Under the pieces are notes generated by a model. That model was not told the origin of the DNA. It worked only from the letters and a program-made list of their open reading frames with translations, and did no database searches. A stretch of 63,957 nt of DNA, counting the filler, from Octopus bimaculoides (taxonomy: Eukaryota), in assembly GCF_001194135.2 (NCBI RefSeq). It is 4 parts of 3 records of this genome, joined end to end, with 100 filler letters (N's around TTAATTAATTAA, not from the genome) between each part and the next. Parts side by side here need not be neighbours in the genome. Positions count along the whole stretch, not along the records: positions 28,518 to 41,073 come from NC_068991.1; positions 41,174 to 61,794 come from NC_068992.1; 2 more parts are not named here. One strand, written 5' to 3'. Below are positions 40,777 to 53,517 of this stretch, piece by piece (position 1 is the stretch's first letter; every line of letters starts with the position of its first letter). A program made the translations under genes and the position numbers.

Positions 40777-41036
40777 TCATATATATATATATGTGTGTGA
40801 GTTTGTGACTCTTTGTCTTTACATTAAGTGACAGTTCTAAACAGGTATCACCAAAGAAGTGATGTCATTCATTTCATCTTTAATCTGTGTAAACATAACT
40901 CGCCATGGAAAAACATCACTTTTTGCCTGAAACCAAGTGAGGGTTGGTAGCAGGAAGGGCATCTGTCTGTAGAAAATCTGCCTCATCTAATTCGATACGA
41001 AAAGCAGATATTAAAATAATGACAAGATATATATAC

Positions 41037-41073
<37 letters not shown>

Positions 41074-41174
41074 NNNNNNNNNNNNNNNNNNNNNNNNNNN
41101 NNNNNNNNNNNNNNNNNTTAATTAATTAANNNNNNNNNNNNNNNNNNNNNNNNNNNNNNNNNNNNNNNNNNNNC

Positions 41175-41358
41175 ACACACATACACACACACACACATAC
41201 ACACACACACATACACACACACACACATACACACACACACACACACGATGAGCTTCTTTCAGTTTCCCAAGGTGACACTTTCCCAAGGTTCCACGCAGTG
41301 GAACTGAGCCCGGAACAATGTGGCTGGGAAGCAAGCTGCTTGCCACACCTGCGCCTAT
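41175..41358 (-). mobile_element. SINE family B
   Basis: Reverse-strand head with (CA)n tail side. Confidence 0.8.
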
Positions 41359-42642
41359 ATTCACTGCCACGCAGTAATTATTTACTAATTATATTTTTTC
41401 TTTTCTGTCACACCTCAGCCTGATCGAGTAGATTTAAGCCGTACATTGAGGAGCCTATAAAAATTGTTTTATTTTTCAAAGAATATGTAACGATTCATTT
41501 GGCTTCTGACATTTTAGTTTCACCGATCCATCACGTGTATCGTTTACGCCGATCAAAGACTAGTAATATATCAGTCAATTTAACCCTATAAACGGAAATC
41601 AAAACTATTTTTATTTCGTAAATCATTTGCACGATACCAAACAATTCGAGCAGTTCATCTTCCCAGTCTCTCTTCTCTTTTGTTTGTTTCATCCGATACT
41701 TGGCAGCCATGATCAAGCGATTCTCTCTCTCTCTCTCTTCAATTTTAGTATCTCGCTCAACAGAATAACCCCAGTACGTTATCTAACTTTGCTGTCTATT
41801 GCTAACCATTATCTACTTTACAACAGTGACTTTAATAACAATACATTATTCAAACGACTTCATAAACAAGAACAATATATGATCAATCTCTACCACTCAT
41901 TATTCAAATTTTATCTTGATTGATCAAAATTAAGAACTATTATATTTCAAGTCCAAATTCTGTCAGGTTTTAACCTCACAAACCATGTACTGCGTAATCG
42001 CTATTGAATTATGATACCAACAAGATTGGAAGAGGTTTGTTTTCTGTTGGTAGGAAAAGAACTGTATAATGCATTGTTTTCGTTATCCTTGCGGACAAAT
42101 CCTTTTGATTTCTCTCAAATAATGAGACAGACAGACAGAAAGAAAACGTTTGAAACACAATTGTTTTATATACATTTTATTGATGTAATTTGAAATAACA
42201 AATCAAACATTTCTTCTATATTCTAGAAAATAAAGCAAACTTAAGCATACATGAACAGGAAAAAAATGGCAGGGAAAAATATCTAAAAAAAATAGATACA
42301 TATACCATGATGTAACAACAAAAGATTATCAACTTTTTATAAGGATATGAAGAGCGAGATCTTTGAAAAAAAAAAAACAGAAATAATATAGGACGTTGTG
42401 ACTTTGATACGTTTTGCAAAGGTTAGCGCAACGTAAGATTACTTGTAACCGGGAACTGAAAATGAGTTATTGGATTTGAGGATTTCATAGATAACCTCGA
42501 CAAAAATACGCCATTTCAAATGATGATATTTTAATAAAGATTTTTAACCCAACAAGGCCCAAAATTTGGATAGGGATTCGTGGATTACATCCTAGTTGAC
42601 AGGTATTTATGTATATGTATTGATCCTGCATAAATGAAAGGC

Positions 42643-42673
<31 letters not shown>

Positions 42674-42674
<1 letters not shown>

Positions 42675-42930
42675 GTTTCAAATTTTGTCACAAGGGCAGC
42701 AATTTTGGGGGAGAGTATGAATAGATTACCTCGACCCCAGTGTTCAACTGGTACTTATTTTATCGACCCCGAAGGATGACAGGCAAAGTCGACCTCAGCG
42801 GAATTTTGAACTCAGAACGTAAAGACGGACGAAATGCCGCTAAGTATTTTGCCCGGCGTGTTAACGATTCTGNNNNNNNNNNCGCTAAGTATTTTGCCCG
42901 GCGTGTTAACGATTCTGCCAGCTCGCCGCC
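42674..42930 (-). mobile_element. SINE family A, CpG-intact, embedded in (AAT)n
   Basis: Full head CTCGCCGCC. It contains a 10-N gap with a duplicated 35-mer. Confidence 0.9.
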
Positions 42931-43124
42931 TTAATAATAATAATAATAATAATAATGATGATGATGATGTTTTATTTGTCACAAAAGTACTTGAAGGGGA
43001 TATTACAAGAATATTTTTTTTTAAAGGTGTTTAGCAGAATCCATTATGGAAAAGACAAAATTGGTAAATAGGGAGAGGAAGCAACAGAATATAATAATAA
43101 TGATAATAATAATAATAATAATAT

Positions 43125-43777
43125 AAACATCACAAAGTGATAAGTGCAGAATTTGTGGACAAAATAGTGAAACCGTATGGCATTTTACCAGTCAAAATAC
43201 GCCACTAGCCCAGAAAGAATATAAGAGACGTCATGACAACATAGCAAGGATTGTCTATTGGATTCTTTGCAACAAGTATGGACTTGACAGAGCAAAAAAG
43301 TGGTACGAATATAAACCCGAAGGCATCATCGAAAATGATAATGCAAAAATCCTATGGGATTTTATGATTCAGTGCGACCATGAGATAAAGAATAGGAAAC
43401 CAGACATAGTGTTAATTGAGAAAGAAAGCAAACGATGCTGGATCATAGATATAGCATGCCCAGCTGACAACAATGTATTCGATAAGGAAGAAAGAAAAGT
43501 TGATAGATATGGCAGGTTAGCTTGGGAGGTTAAGCAGTTGTGGTCGATGAAAAGTAGTACCAATAATTGTCGGAGCCCTGGGAATTGTGAGTAAAAAAAG
43601 TACATGGAACAAATAGGGACTGCAATAAAGATAGAACACTTGCAGAAAATAGCACTGCTTGAAACCGCTCGAATACTCCAAATGGTGTTCGAAAAATAAG
43701 GGGTGTTGCCTTAGTTCACTGGTAGTGAACAGCTGACACCGTAGTATATCTCCAGCGTCAGCAGCTGTGCAAAGACA

Positions 43778-43817
<40 letters not shown>
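43125..43817 (+). mobile_element. 5'-truncated Dong/R4-clade LINE 3' end (CCHC + restriction-like endonuclease) with (AAT)n tail
   Basis: DKCRICGQNSETVWHF..LAQKEYKRRHDNIARIVYW..KILWDFMIQCDHEIKNRKPDIVLIEK..CWIIDIACP. Both flanks are (AAT)n. Confidence 0.92.
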
Positions 43818-44026
43818 CCTTTCTACTGTAGGCACAAGGCCTGAAATTTTGGGAATGGTAAGTCGATTACATCGACCCAGTATCCAACTGGTACTTAATT
43901 TATCGACCCCGAAAGGATGATAGGCAAAGTCGACCTCGGCGGAATTTTGAACTCAGAACGTAGAGACGGGCGAAATACCGCTAAGCATTTCGTTCAGTGT
44001 GCTAACGATTCTGCCAGCTCGCCGCT
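43818..44026 (-). mobile_element. SINE family A, CpG-intact, embedded in (AAT)n
   Basis: Full head and core. The tail variant differs from the 42674 copy. Confidence 0.9.
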
Positions 44027-44028
44027 TC

Positions 44029-44074
<46 letters not shown>

Positions 44075-44603
44075 GTAGTCGTCGTCGTCGTCATCATCTG
44101 TCACAAAGGTACTTGAAGGGGATATTACTAGAATAAATTTCAAAACAGTGTCTTTACCAGAATTCATTATGAAAAAGACAAAATAGGTAAATAGGAAGAG
44201 AAAGCAACAGAATATAATAATAATAATAATGCTTTATTATTGCCACAAAGGTGACGGATGGAGTAGCATTACTAAGAATGCAATAAAAACTTTCAAATTA
44301 CAAAATTTCAATTTAGTAAAAAAACATCCTACAAAAATGTCTCCCATGTAAAATGAGAGAATATTATACATGAAAAAAAGTTTTTTCTTCTATATACAAG
44401 GCATATCATAAATACAAAAAAAGTATCTAAAACCATTTGTTAATGTTGTTTTTTTGCTTCGCTTTGTTTGTTTTTATTGTTTTTTTCTTATTTTCTTTGT
44501 CTCTCTCCTTCAAGCTACGAACTCTCTACCAGCAAATAAACTTCTGAAAACTGATAAAACAACTACATACCTACCTATTACTCTACTAACTGTTCACTCA
44601 ACA

Positions 44604-44612
44604 CGCCATCTT
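44604..44612 (-). promoter_or_regulatory. YY1-type AAGATGGCG motif, candidate promoter-proximal site
   Basis: Motif match only, within a CpG-retaining zone upstream of the TMEM87 exons. Confidence 0.25.
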
Positions 44613-44730
44613 TTAACTATTATTCAATCAAAAATAGCAGCCAGATCGTCCCTTAAATCACACCCACCGTCTTCAATGTGATACTACATCGGATAATGTA
44701 GTCCTAGATATATTACATATAAAAAAATAG

Positions 44731-44770
<40 letters not shown>

Positions 44771-46344
44771 AATGGAAAAAGGATGTGTTGCCACTGATGA
44801 AATGCTTTGCCTCATAGGGTTGCTCGATTAATGCTGACCTGGGGCTAATAAGCAGTAATAACACAAGGCTTGTATTCTCTTGCTTCTCTAAAATACACAA
44901 GCAGCTCCTAACTTCGATGTATCAATATTATCAAGGCTACAAGTAAAACCTAGAATTCAAGAAAAACTCCCTAGTGTTAAAACTTATTTTCTTCTTTCTC
45001 TTTGATGAAGGACGATTTTCAGAAACGTTCGCTTTTTGTTGTTTTTTTTTACTCTCCGTGACAAATCAAATCACTGTTATATATTATCATTTCACCTCCG
45101 AAATTTTGTCAAAGATATAATTCGGATATCATCTTGAATAAATCCGAGAAAATTATCGACTATCTGACTGGATTGGCAACAGTTAATTGATAAGAGTTCG
45201 TAGGAAAGATCTTTTAAGCTCAACTTGAATTGCCATGAGAAGGGAAAGTATCAAAGATATAACCTCTACTTAAATTTCTTATCCAGCTAGTACTTTCATA
45301 AAATCCATTCTTTCCATCTTCATTACGTTGTCGTCAATAACGAAATTTAAAACTGTTCTAAACGCTAAAATCTTCACCTCTGAACCTCTCCAAAATTCTC
45401 GAATATAATGCGAGTCCCTCTCACACACGCAAATACACATACACTTTTTTAACCTATATTTAATTCTATTATCTTTTTATCTTTTATACTTCAATATATG
45501 CTGTCCGCCACAAGTACGACTTGGATGTATAACATTTCTCTCATTATACACACTTTAAATACTTTGAGTTTATTTTACTGCTTTCCACATTGGCCCAATC
45601 AACGGATGGTCACCGGATTCTTTGATAATCAAGACGATCAATACACCGGAGATCAATACGATTTCAGATAATAAATCAGATTTTTAAAATAGAAACTAAG
45701 ATTGAACGGTTATAAAGTAACCTCTGCGCAGTCGTTCGACCCGCGACAAATAGAAACTAAAAGTTCCAAAGCCAACACCCACTGTTTTAGAAAAAGAAAA
45801 GGACGTACTAAATAAAGTAGTCCTCTATACACAATGTATGTATAAAATGATTGAAATCTTTATTTCCTTTTATGTTTCCAGAAACGTAACAGTTTTTGTT
45901 TGTCTTTTTAGTAGAATCTTCGCTCAGTCTTTTTCCCATTTGGGAAGAAAAGACGTGTATGTCCCCCCCCCCGCCCCATGACGTTCCAGAACGACGTAGC
46001 TGATTCCGAGAGAGAAGAATCGATCCCAATACTAGACCAGTATTTTATATATCGACCTCAAAGTATGAAAGTAACGTTGACCTTGATGGGTTTTGAACTC
46101 AAAGTGCAGAGCCGGAACAAATACTGCAAAGTATTCTAGCCGACACTTTAAAGACTCTGTCCGTTCACAAATGACGTAGACACCTTTCGTTTTAGGTCTG
46201 CCGGAGCAGAGCCGACGTTGGCAGAATAACACTTGATACTGTGATAATACAATGTATTCACTGCCACCAATTCATATTTAGTAGATGCTGAGTTCAAATC
46301 TTATCTTTGGCAAACAATTCATCACCATCAACCCTTGGACATCA

Positions 46345-46607
46345 CTGTCTCGAATCTTAAGACCCATAGGGCCGGTTGTCCGGTTTCCGGTTTCCAAGGC
46401 GTATAAGGGACCGAGATCGCAACCTTCTTCCTGAATGGGATGCTAATCCCATTCGCAGGGTCATTCATTTACAGCCGAATGGACTGGAGCAATGTGAAAT
46501 GAAGTGTTTTTTTTCAAGAAAATAAAGCATCGCCCGATCCGGAAATGGAAACCAAGGTCTTTCGATCACGAGTGCAACGCCCTAACCGCTAGGTCACGCG
46601 CCTTCAC
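46345..46607 (-). mobile_element. tRNA-derived SINE, family C-related
   Basis: Reverse head GTGAAGGCGCGTGACCTAGCGGTTAGGGCGTTGCACTC with A/B-box-like segments. Confidence 0.75.
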
Positions 46608-47199
46608 AATCCTGTAGTAAAGAAAAGTAGTTGCAACAAAAGCAGTAACAACAAATAACATATTCAGGGCTAATATTTTGATATAAACTATATCTGATCT
46701 ATGCATCAATTTGAGACAGAAAAAAAAACCCCACGTGATCACTGATGAGACTCGAACTACAAATCTATTGCTGAGTAAGTGTCCATGTTATTGATGACAC
46801 TACAAATTTATACTATAAATGGGTTGTGTTTTTTTTTTTTTAATTTATTTCAACTGAACGGTTTTATCTCCACGAGTATCTCACTTGTTTCATAGATAAA
46901 TCGTTAGTCACTTAACACATGACGGACAGGTCATACAATTTGTCTGGGCATAAGTCTCATAGCCAACACTAAAACTAGGTACAACACCTTTCCATGTTAT
47001 ATACTAGTAGAAGTCTAGAGAAAATCTTTCTGCAATATCCCACAAATGTACAACAAAGAGGTAAATGTCTGGCTACAAGAAATTCCTAAGTGGTACTTCT
47101 TTGGCAAGAGACGTTCCATCTGAGACCATGCTTGATGACAATAACATCGTCACGGAGTTACATTAGCCATTAAAAACATATACACAGCAATCTTCTTTT

Positions 47200-47516
47200 A
47201 TTTTTTACTTGTTTCAGTTTTGAACAGCGGCCATGCTGGGGCACGGCCTTGAAGGGTTTTAATGGACTCCAGCACGTCTTTTATTTTTAAGTCTGATACC
47301 TACTCTATCGGGTCTCTTTTCGTCGAATCGTAATTTATAGGGACGCGAACAAACCAACACTGGTTATCAAACGGTGAAGAAACGCGCGCGCGTGCGCACG
47401 GCGGTCTTCTACCAAATTCACTCACAAGACATTGATCGACCCGTGGTGCTTGCCCAAGGGTGCCGCACAGTAGTTGTAAAGAGAGCTTTTTAACCCACGC
47501 TTACGTCTGCGCCTAC
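47200..47516 (-). mobile_element. SINE family B, near full length, diverged
   Basis: Tail TTGTTTCAGT..GCGGCCATGCTGG through to the head. Confidence 0.75.
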
Positions 47517-48632
47517 GCTTATTTTTTTATACTTTTTTTTTTGCTTGATTATTATTTTTGAATAATATATCCGTTTGATATCAAAATCTTTCATTGTATA
47601 TCAAACAGTCTAATCAATAACACTCTACTTCACATTATGTCCTGCATCTCTTTCGTGAGATATGGAGAAGTACATAATATCAGGTTACAGAAATATACAA
47701 TAAAAGGTTTTGAAGATCTAACAAAGATGTCGTGGCATCTAGATACCACCATTTCTATCTTCTTCAAACTACTTCCACCCACCCCTACATAACGCAGGGT
47801 AGTCATGTATCGCCTCTATTGCATGACAACTGGGCTTGTTCCTCTGTCTTACTTTAGCCTCTTGACACCTGGCATGCAACTACCTCCACCTCTCAAAAAT
47901 CACACACACACATAGTCGGGGGGACCGTCTCCTGTTCTCTTGTCTTGCAAGTTATCTGACGACCTCACTAGTCCCAATGGCAGAAAACAAAGCACCCAGT
48001 ACACACTGTAAAGTGGTTGGTGTTAGGAAGGGCATCAAGCCATACAAACCATCTAACACCCGAGCACAATGCGGTCCTCAGACTCATCAGGTCCTGTCAA
48101 ACCGTTCAACCTATTCTAGACATGTTTTCACAGAAGATTGAAAATGAAAGACACCGCTTGCATGACAGTGACACTTGTTTACATCTATCATGCAATATCG
48201 AGGCAAGGAGACAGCAACACACACACACACACCACATCTATCAAATCCACTCACAAGGCTTTGGTTGGCCTGGGGCTCGAGTAAAAGACACTTGCCCAGA
48301 GTGGGGCTGAACTTAAAACCACTTGGTTGGGAAGCAAACTTCTTACCACACAACACCTGTGTGTGTGTGGGGGGGTTTCTTTCCTTTGAGTAACGCAGGT
48401 GAGATAATTTAATCAAACAGCCAGGCTAGCATCATCATAAGACAGAAACTGAGTGAGACACAATAAAACACAACCTGATGCTCAATCAGGTGCTTTACCT
48501 CAGAAGCACTGAGAAATCCTTGCAACAGATTCGAATATTCACAACATACAAGCTGGTTGTTCAATATATTATCTTAACCAATCAGGATATCTCACCTGTA
48601 TTCAATGAATTTGGGTAAATTGAATGCATTTA

Positions 48633-49017
48633 TGTTGTTGGCACTCTGTCGCTTACGACGTCGAGGGTTCCAGTTGATCTGATCAACGAAACAGCCTGCT
48701 CGTAAAATTAACGTGCAAGTGGCTGAGCACTCCACAGACACGTGTAGCCTTAACGTAGTTCTCAGGGATATTCAGCGTGACACAGTGTGACAAGGCTGAC
48801 CCTTTGAATTATAGGCACAACAGAAACAGGAAGTAAGAGTGAGAGAAAGTTGTGGTGAAAGAGTACAGCAGGATTCGCCACCATCCCTTGCCGGAGCCTC
48901 GTGGAGCTTTAGGTGTTTTTGCTCAATAAACACTCACAACGCCCGGTCTGGGAATCGAAACTGCGATCCTATGACCACGAGTCCGCTGCCCTAACCACTG
49001 AGCCATTGCGCTTCCAC
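48633..49017 (-). mobile_element. SINE family C (tRNA-derived) with TSD AATGCATTTA
   Basis: Head GTGGAAGCGCAATGGCTCAGTGGTTAGGGCAGCGGACTC, B-box GTTTCGATTCC. The TSD lies at 48623-48632 and 49021-49030. Confidence 0.92.
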
Positions 49018-50278
49018 TTAAATGCATTTAATACTGATTTAATCAGCAGTTATTATTAATTTAATTAAAATTTACTTCATAGTATTTGTGAGGTCATCGT
49101 ATTGTAAATGATGCAGCAGAGAAATAGATGCCTTTACTAGAAATATAGTCTTGATGTTGATGCTGACAATAATGTTGATGCTGATAATGAAAGAAAATGC
49201 ATTTTTTTAATAACTCTTGAGTTTATGTTGCTGCAAAGGTAATTCTATGATGTCAGAGAATGCATGTCTTGCCCTGATCAAAGCCAGGATGCTTTATATA
49301 CCTGAAGGGATGCTGGAGCCATGGCTTTGAAGAGTTTGGTCAAACAAATTGACCTTAGCACTTACTGTTTTTCAAATCTGGTACTAAATCTATTGGTCGC
49401 TTTTGCCAAACTGCTAGCTTGTAGGGGATGTAAACAAACCAGCACTGGCCGTCAAATGGTAGTGGTGGTGGACACACACACACAAACACAAGCACATACA
49501 TGTAATACAGGGTTCCATCAGCCAAATTTACTCACAAGGCATTGGTCAGTCTGGGGGCCATAGTAAGAGACACTTGCCCAAAGTGCCAAAACCAAAACCT
49601 TGTGGCTGCAAGAGCCATGCCTGTTGTGAGTTTCATTCTATGGTTTCTATAAGGGATTTAACTGTATCGATCTAGTTGTTCTTAAAATGGAAATGAAACT
49701 GCAACACAAACACAGCTCACTGCATTACAATGTAGATCACCCCACAGAAAGAATTTCTTTACAGACTTCTTTGACCCCTTAATTACCAGCCTGATTGGGG
49801 ACAAGCCTTGCTTTCTGTGATACAAACCCATCTATATTACAGTGTTCATAAGCAAATTTTAGGTTGGTTAAAATATGTTTGCAATATATTTCAAATTCTA
49901 AAGGCAAATTCACTGGAGTTACCATGGAGAAAAAAAGTTTTTCTCTTATTGTAAAAAGGTTTAGAAACACCATATCTGCTCAGTGTTATCCTCTACTGGA
50001 TTCCCAGACACACAGGGTTTCTAGCTCTTTAGCCATTATCAAGGTGAAATAACAAAGAGAGGTAACCCCAGGCAGATTTAAAGTTGTAGCATTAATCAAA
50101 ACACGGTCAGCATTAACTGAGTTGAAACTTAACATTTAATCATAAACACTTACTTTCTAAGTCTGGAAGATGGGGACAATGAACAGGGTAGGTCGTAGGG
50201 TCTCTGGGACTGAAAGGAATGAGCTCTTTGACACAGTACATAAAGAAGAGCCCCTTGGATGTGACTTAGGGCGTTACA

Positions 50279-50502
50279 GGAAATTTCCCCATAAACATTT
50301 TTACCATAGGAAAATTCACCGTAGAAAGAAATAGATTGCAAAATACAAAAAAAAAAATTGGCTGTTTTCTTAAAATAACCATTTTACCTACCAATTAGAG
50401 AAAAGTAATTTCTTTAAAATGATTTATCTAGTTTACAGTCTGCTTGCATGCCTCCTTTACAGTAAAATTTCCTACAGCAAAAATGTTTACAACGAATTTT
50501 CC
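50279..50502. mobile_element. MITE with about 47-bp internally periodic TIRs (MULE-like)
   Basis: GGAAATTTCCCCATAAACATTTTTACCATAGGAAAATTCACCGTAGA is the inverted match of TTTACAGTAAAATTTCCTACAGCAAAAATGTTTACAACGAATTTTCC. Confidence 0.8.
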
Positions 50503-51739
50503 AGAAACCGACCTAATGATTCATTACGGACAAGGATACATTTCATGTTCCTAAAACTTTTTCTTGTTCTTGTAAAGTGAAAGCATAGGTAATACTGGTC
50601 GAAATCAGTGGGGTGTCCATTATTAACATCAGCTCTCTTTATTGTATCAGTCATCTCTCTAAATATTAAACATCTCTTCCAATCTCTATTACTATCAAGT
50701 CTCTGTCTTTCCCTCGCTATAAGGAATTTACCTCTTTCTCTCTAAATACTGTCTCAACTATCACATTATTATTTCAAATAACAATAATGTAATATGAATA
50801 GTGATGATAAATTATAACATTCAGCACGACATTTTTCTTTTTCATAGCCCATAGGTAGATACAACACACACAAAGCTAATGCTGTTTTGAGTGGAGATAA
50901 GCTCCAGTAAAAGGGTAACAAAAGTGATTACAATATATTCAATCCTTCATATTCAGGATTTTTCCTTTTGGCACAAGCCACACATCTGCAGTGAGTAGCG
51001 TGAGAGGATGAGGTACAGTCATCTGAGTTTACACCAGGATGTGTGTATCCTAATCTAGACATCACATGATGTTTATAAACTAGCATCACCGTTATACAAG
51101 TGATGTTGTTTGCTTCCAATCGTCCACAAAAAGTGTGTCTGGCCATAGGGTAATATAACCTTACCTGGAAACAGGTGAGGACAGTAACAAGAAGGATATA
51201 TGGCCATAGAAAATCTGCCTCAATAAATTACACCTGACCCATGCAAAAAAAAAGGAGAAAAAAAAAGATGTTAAATGAGGACAATAATAACAAACAAAAT
51301 AACATTCAAATGCATGAAAAAATTATTTTTTAATTAAACAAAAGTTCTAAAAAAATATTGTCATGTCTTAGAAGGATCGTTATTCCAAAAATAACACACA
51401 CACCAGTGTGTGTGTCATTATTATTATTGGCATAATGACCCTCCCAGATACAGCAACGTTTTCAACACAGGAATTCACATCAAGAACATAAAGCAAATAC
51501 AAAAACGATCTAAAAAAAAAATAAATACAAACAAAACAAAAAAAAGGAAACTAAAAAAGAAATTAAATTAATTTAAATTAAGAGTCTTTATTATAAATAT
51601 ATTTACATAAAAAGCAAAAAGGACATATGTACATACAGGGCATGACAAAAATAATTCCCAGTTTTAAAATTAGGAGCATTATATTGTATTTAAATAAAAC
51701 AGATTAAGAAGTTGCAGTATATACTATGTATATACACAG

Positions 51740-51893
51740 GTATATGGACAAGAATACATACATACATACACATTAATCATGTGTGTGTGCGCACACACAC
51801 ACACACACGTATGTATATGGACAATCATGAATGTGCACACACACATACATACATACACATTAATCATGTGTGTGTGCGCACACACACACACAC
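51740..51893. repeat. Approximately 88-bp microsatellite-derived tandem unit running into a gap
   Basis: CATACATACATACACATTAATCATGTGTGTGTGCGCACACAC occurs twice. Confidence 0.8.
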
Positions 51894-52953
51894 NNNNNNN
51901 NNNNNNNNNNNNNNNNNNNNNNNNNNNNNNNNNNNNNNNNNNNNNNNNNNNNNNNNNNNNNNNNNNNNNNNNNNNNNNNNNNNNNNNNNNNNNNNNNNNN
52001 NNNNNNNNNNNNNNNNNNNNNNNNNNNNNNNNNNNNNNNNNNNNNNNNNNNNNNNNNNNNNNNNNNNNNNNNNNNNNNNNNNNNNNNNNNNNNNNNNNNN
52101 NNNNNNNNNNNNNNNNNNNNNNNNNNNNNNNNNNNNNNNNNNNNNNNNNNNNNNNNNNNNNNNNNNNNNNNNNNNNNNNNNNNNNNNNNNNNNNNNNNNN
52201 NNNNNNNNNNNNNNNNNNNNNNNNNNNNNNNNNNNNNNNNNNNNNNNNNNNNNNNNNNNNNNNNNNNNNNNNNNNNNNNNNNNNNNNNNNNNNNNNNNNN
52301 NNNNNNNNNNNNNNNNNNNNNNNNNNNNNNNNNNNNNNNNNNNNNNNNNNNNNNNNNNNNNNNNNNNNNNNNNNNNNNNNNNNNNNNNNNNNNNNNNNNN
52401 NNNNNNNNNNNNNNNNNNNNNNNNNNNNNNNNNNNNNNNNNNNNNNNNNNNNNNNNNNNNNNNNNNNNNNNNNNNNNNNNNNNNNNNNNNNNNNNNNNNN
52501 NNNNNNNNNNNNNNNNNNNNNNNNNNNNNNNNNNNNNNNNNNNNNNNNNNNNNNNNNNNNNNNNNNNNNNNNNNNNNNNNNNNNNNNNNNNNNNNNNNNN
52601 NNNNNNNNNNNNNNNNNNNNNNNNNNNNNNNNNNNNNNNNNNNNNNNNNNNNNNNNNNNNNNNNNNNNNNNNNNNNNNNNNNNNNNNNNNNNNNNNNNNN
52701 NNNNNNNNNNNNNNNNNNNNNNNNNNNNNNNNNNNNNNNNNNNNNNNNNNNNNNNNNNNNNNNNNNNNNNNNNNNNNNNNNNNNNNNNNNNNNNNNNNNN
52801 NNNNNNNNNNNNNNNNNNNNNNNNNNNNNNNNNNNNNNNNNNNNNNNNNNNNNNAGCCTCACCTGATTGGTTACTGAACCGTCTCGCATGATTGCTCAAC
52901 CATGTTGCCATAGGTCTTTGATTAAATCACATCTAGGTATTGGAAATCGAGAA

Positions 52954-53007
<54 letters not shown>

Positions 53008-53328
53008 AGGGCATGAATGTGTGCGTATGTGCATTAGAATGACTACTTGAATCAGTATACATATGTGGGTGTGAATACATGTATGTATGTGTGCACGTGT
53101 GTATATTTCAATACACATGTGCTTCTATGTACGTAGATCTATGTGTGTAAGTGTGAATGTGAGAGTGAGAGAGAGAGGGGGAGAGAGAGAGAGAGAGAGA
53201 GACATACACAGAAGAGAGTAGTGGTGTGAGTGTGACATGTCCCTTTGTCAACAGTGTATGTGCATATCTGCTTGTGCGTGATTGTCTGTGTGTGTAACAG
53301 TAAGAGAGAGATGAGAGAGAACGAATTT

Positions 53329-53366
<38 letters not shown>

Positions 53367-53485
53367 TTGGTGGGGGGGGGCATGTGTGGAGTGGAGCGGC
53401 AGAGTTTCATAAATCTATTTTCTCACAATAGAGGAAAGAGAAAGTGGAATGTATAATGTGTTATAATGGGATATAGAGTAGCAGA

Positions 53486-53517
<32 letters not shown>

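Noticed and set aside
41531-41923. ORFs 41531-41716 (-) and 41627-41923 (+) as TMEM87 exon 1 or a secreted peptide
   Set aside because: The minus ORF lacks a signal peptide and a good phase-0 donor. The plus ORF has no ATG start.
42838-42917. 35-bp direct repeat around a 10-N gap inside a SINE
   Set aside because: It is a typical unmerged contig-overlap artefact.
48960-49017. tRNA gene-like heads here and at 54680-54736, 46540-46607 and 61569-61650
   Set aside because: They have A/B boxes but continue into shared SINE bodies with tails and TSDs, so they are not functional tRNA genes.
50928-51146. Minus ORF ending CRCVACAKRKNPEYEGLNIL* as a possible last exon
   Set aside because: It starts inside a dispersed repeat, has a weak acceptor, and is phase-incompatible with the VAMP TM exon.
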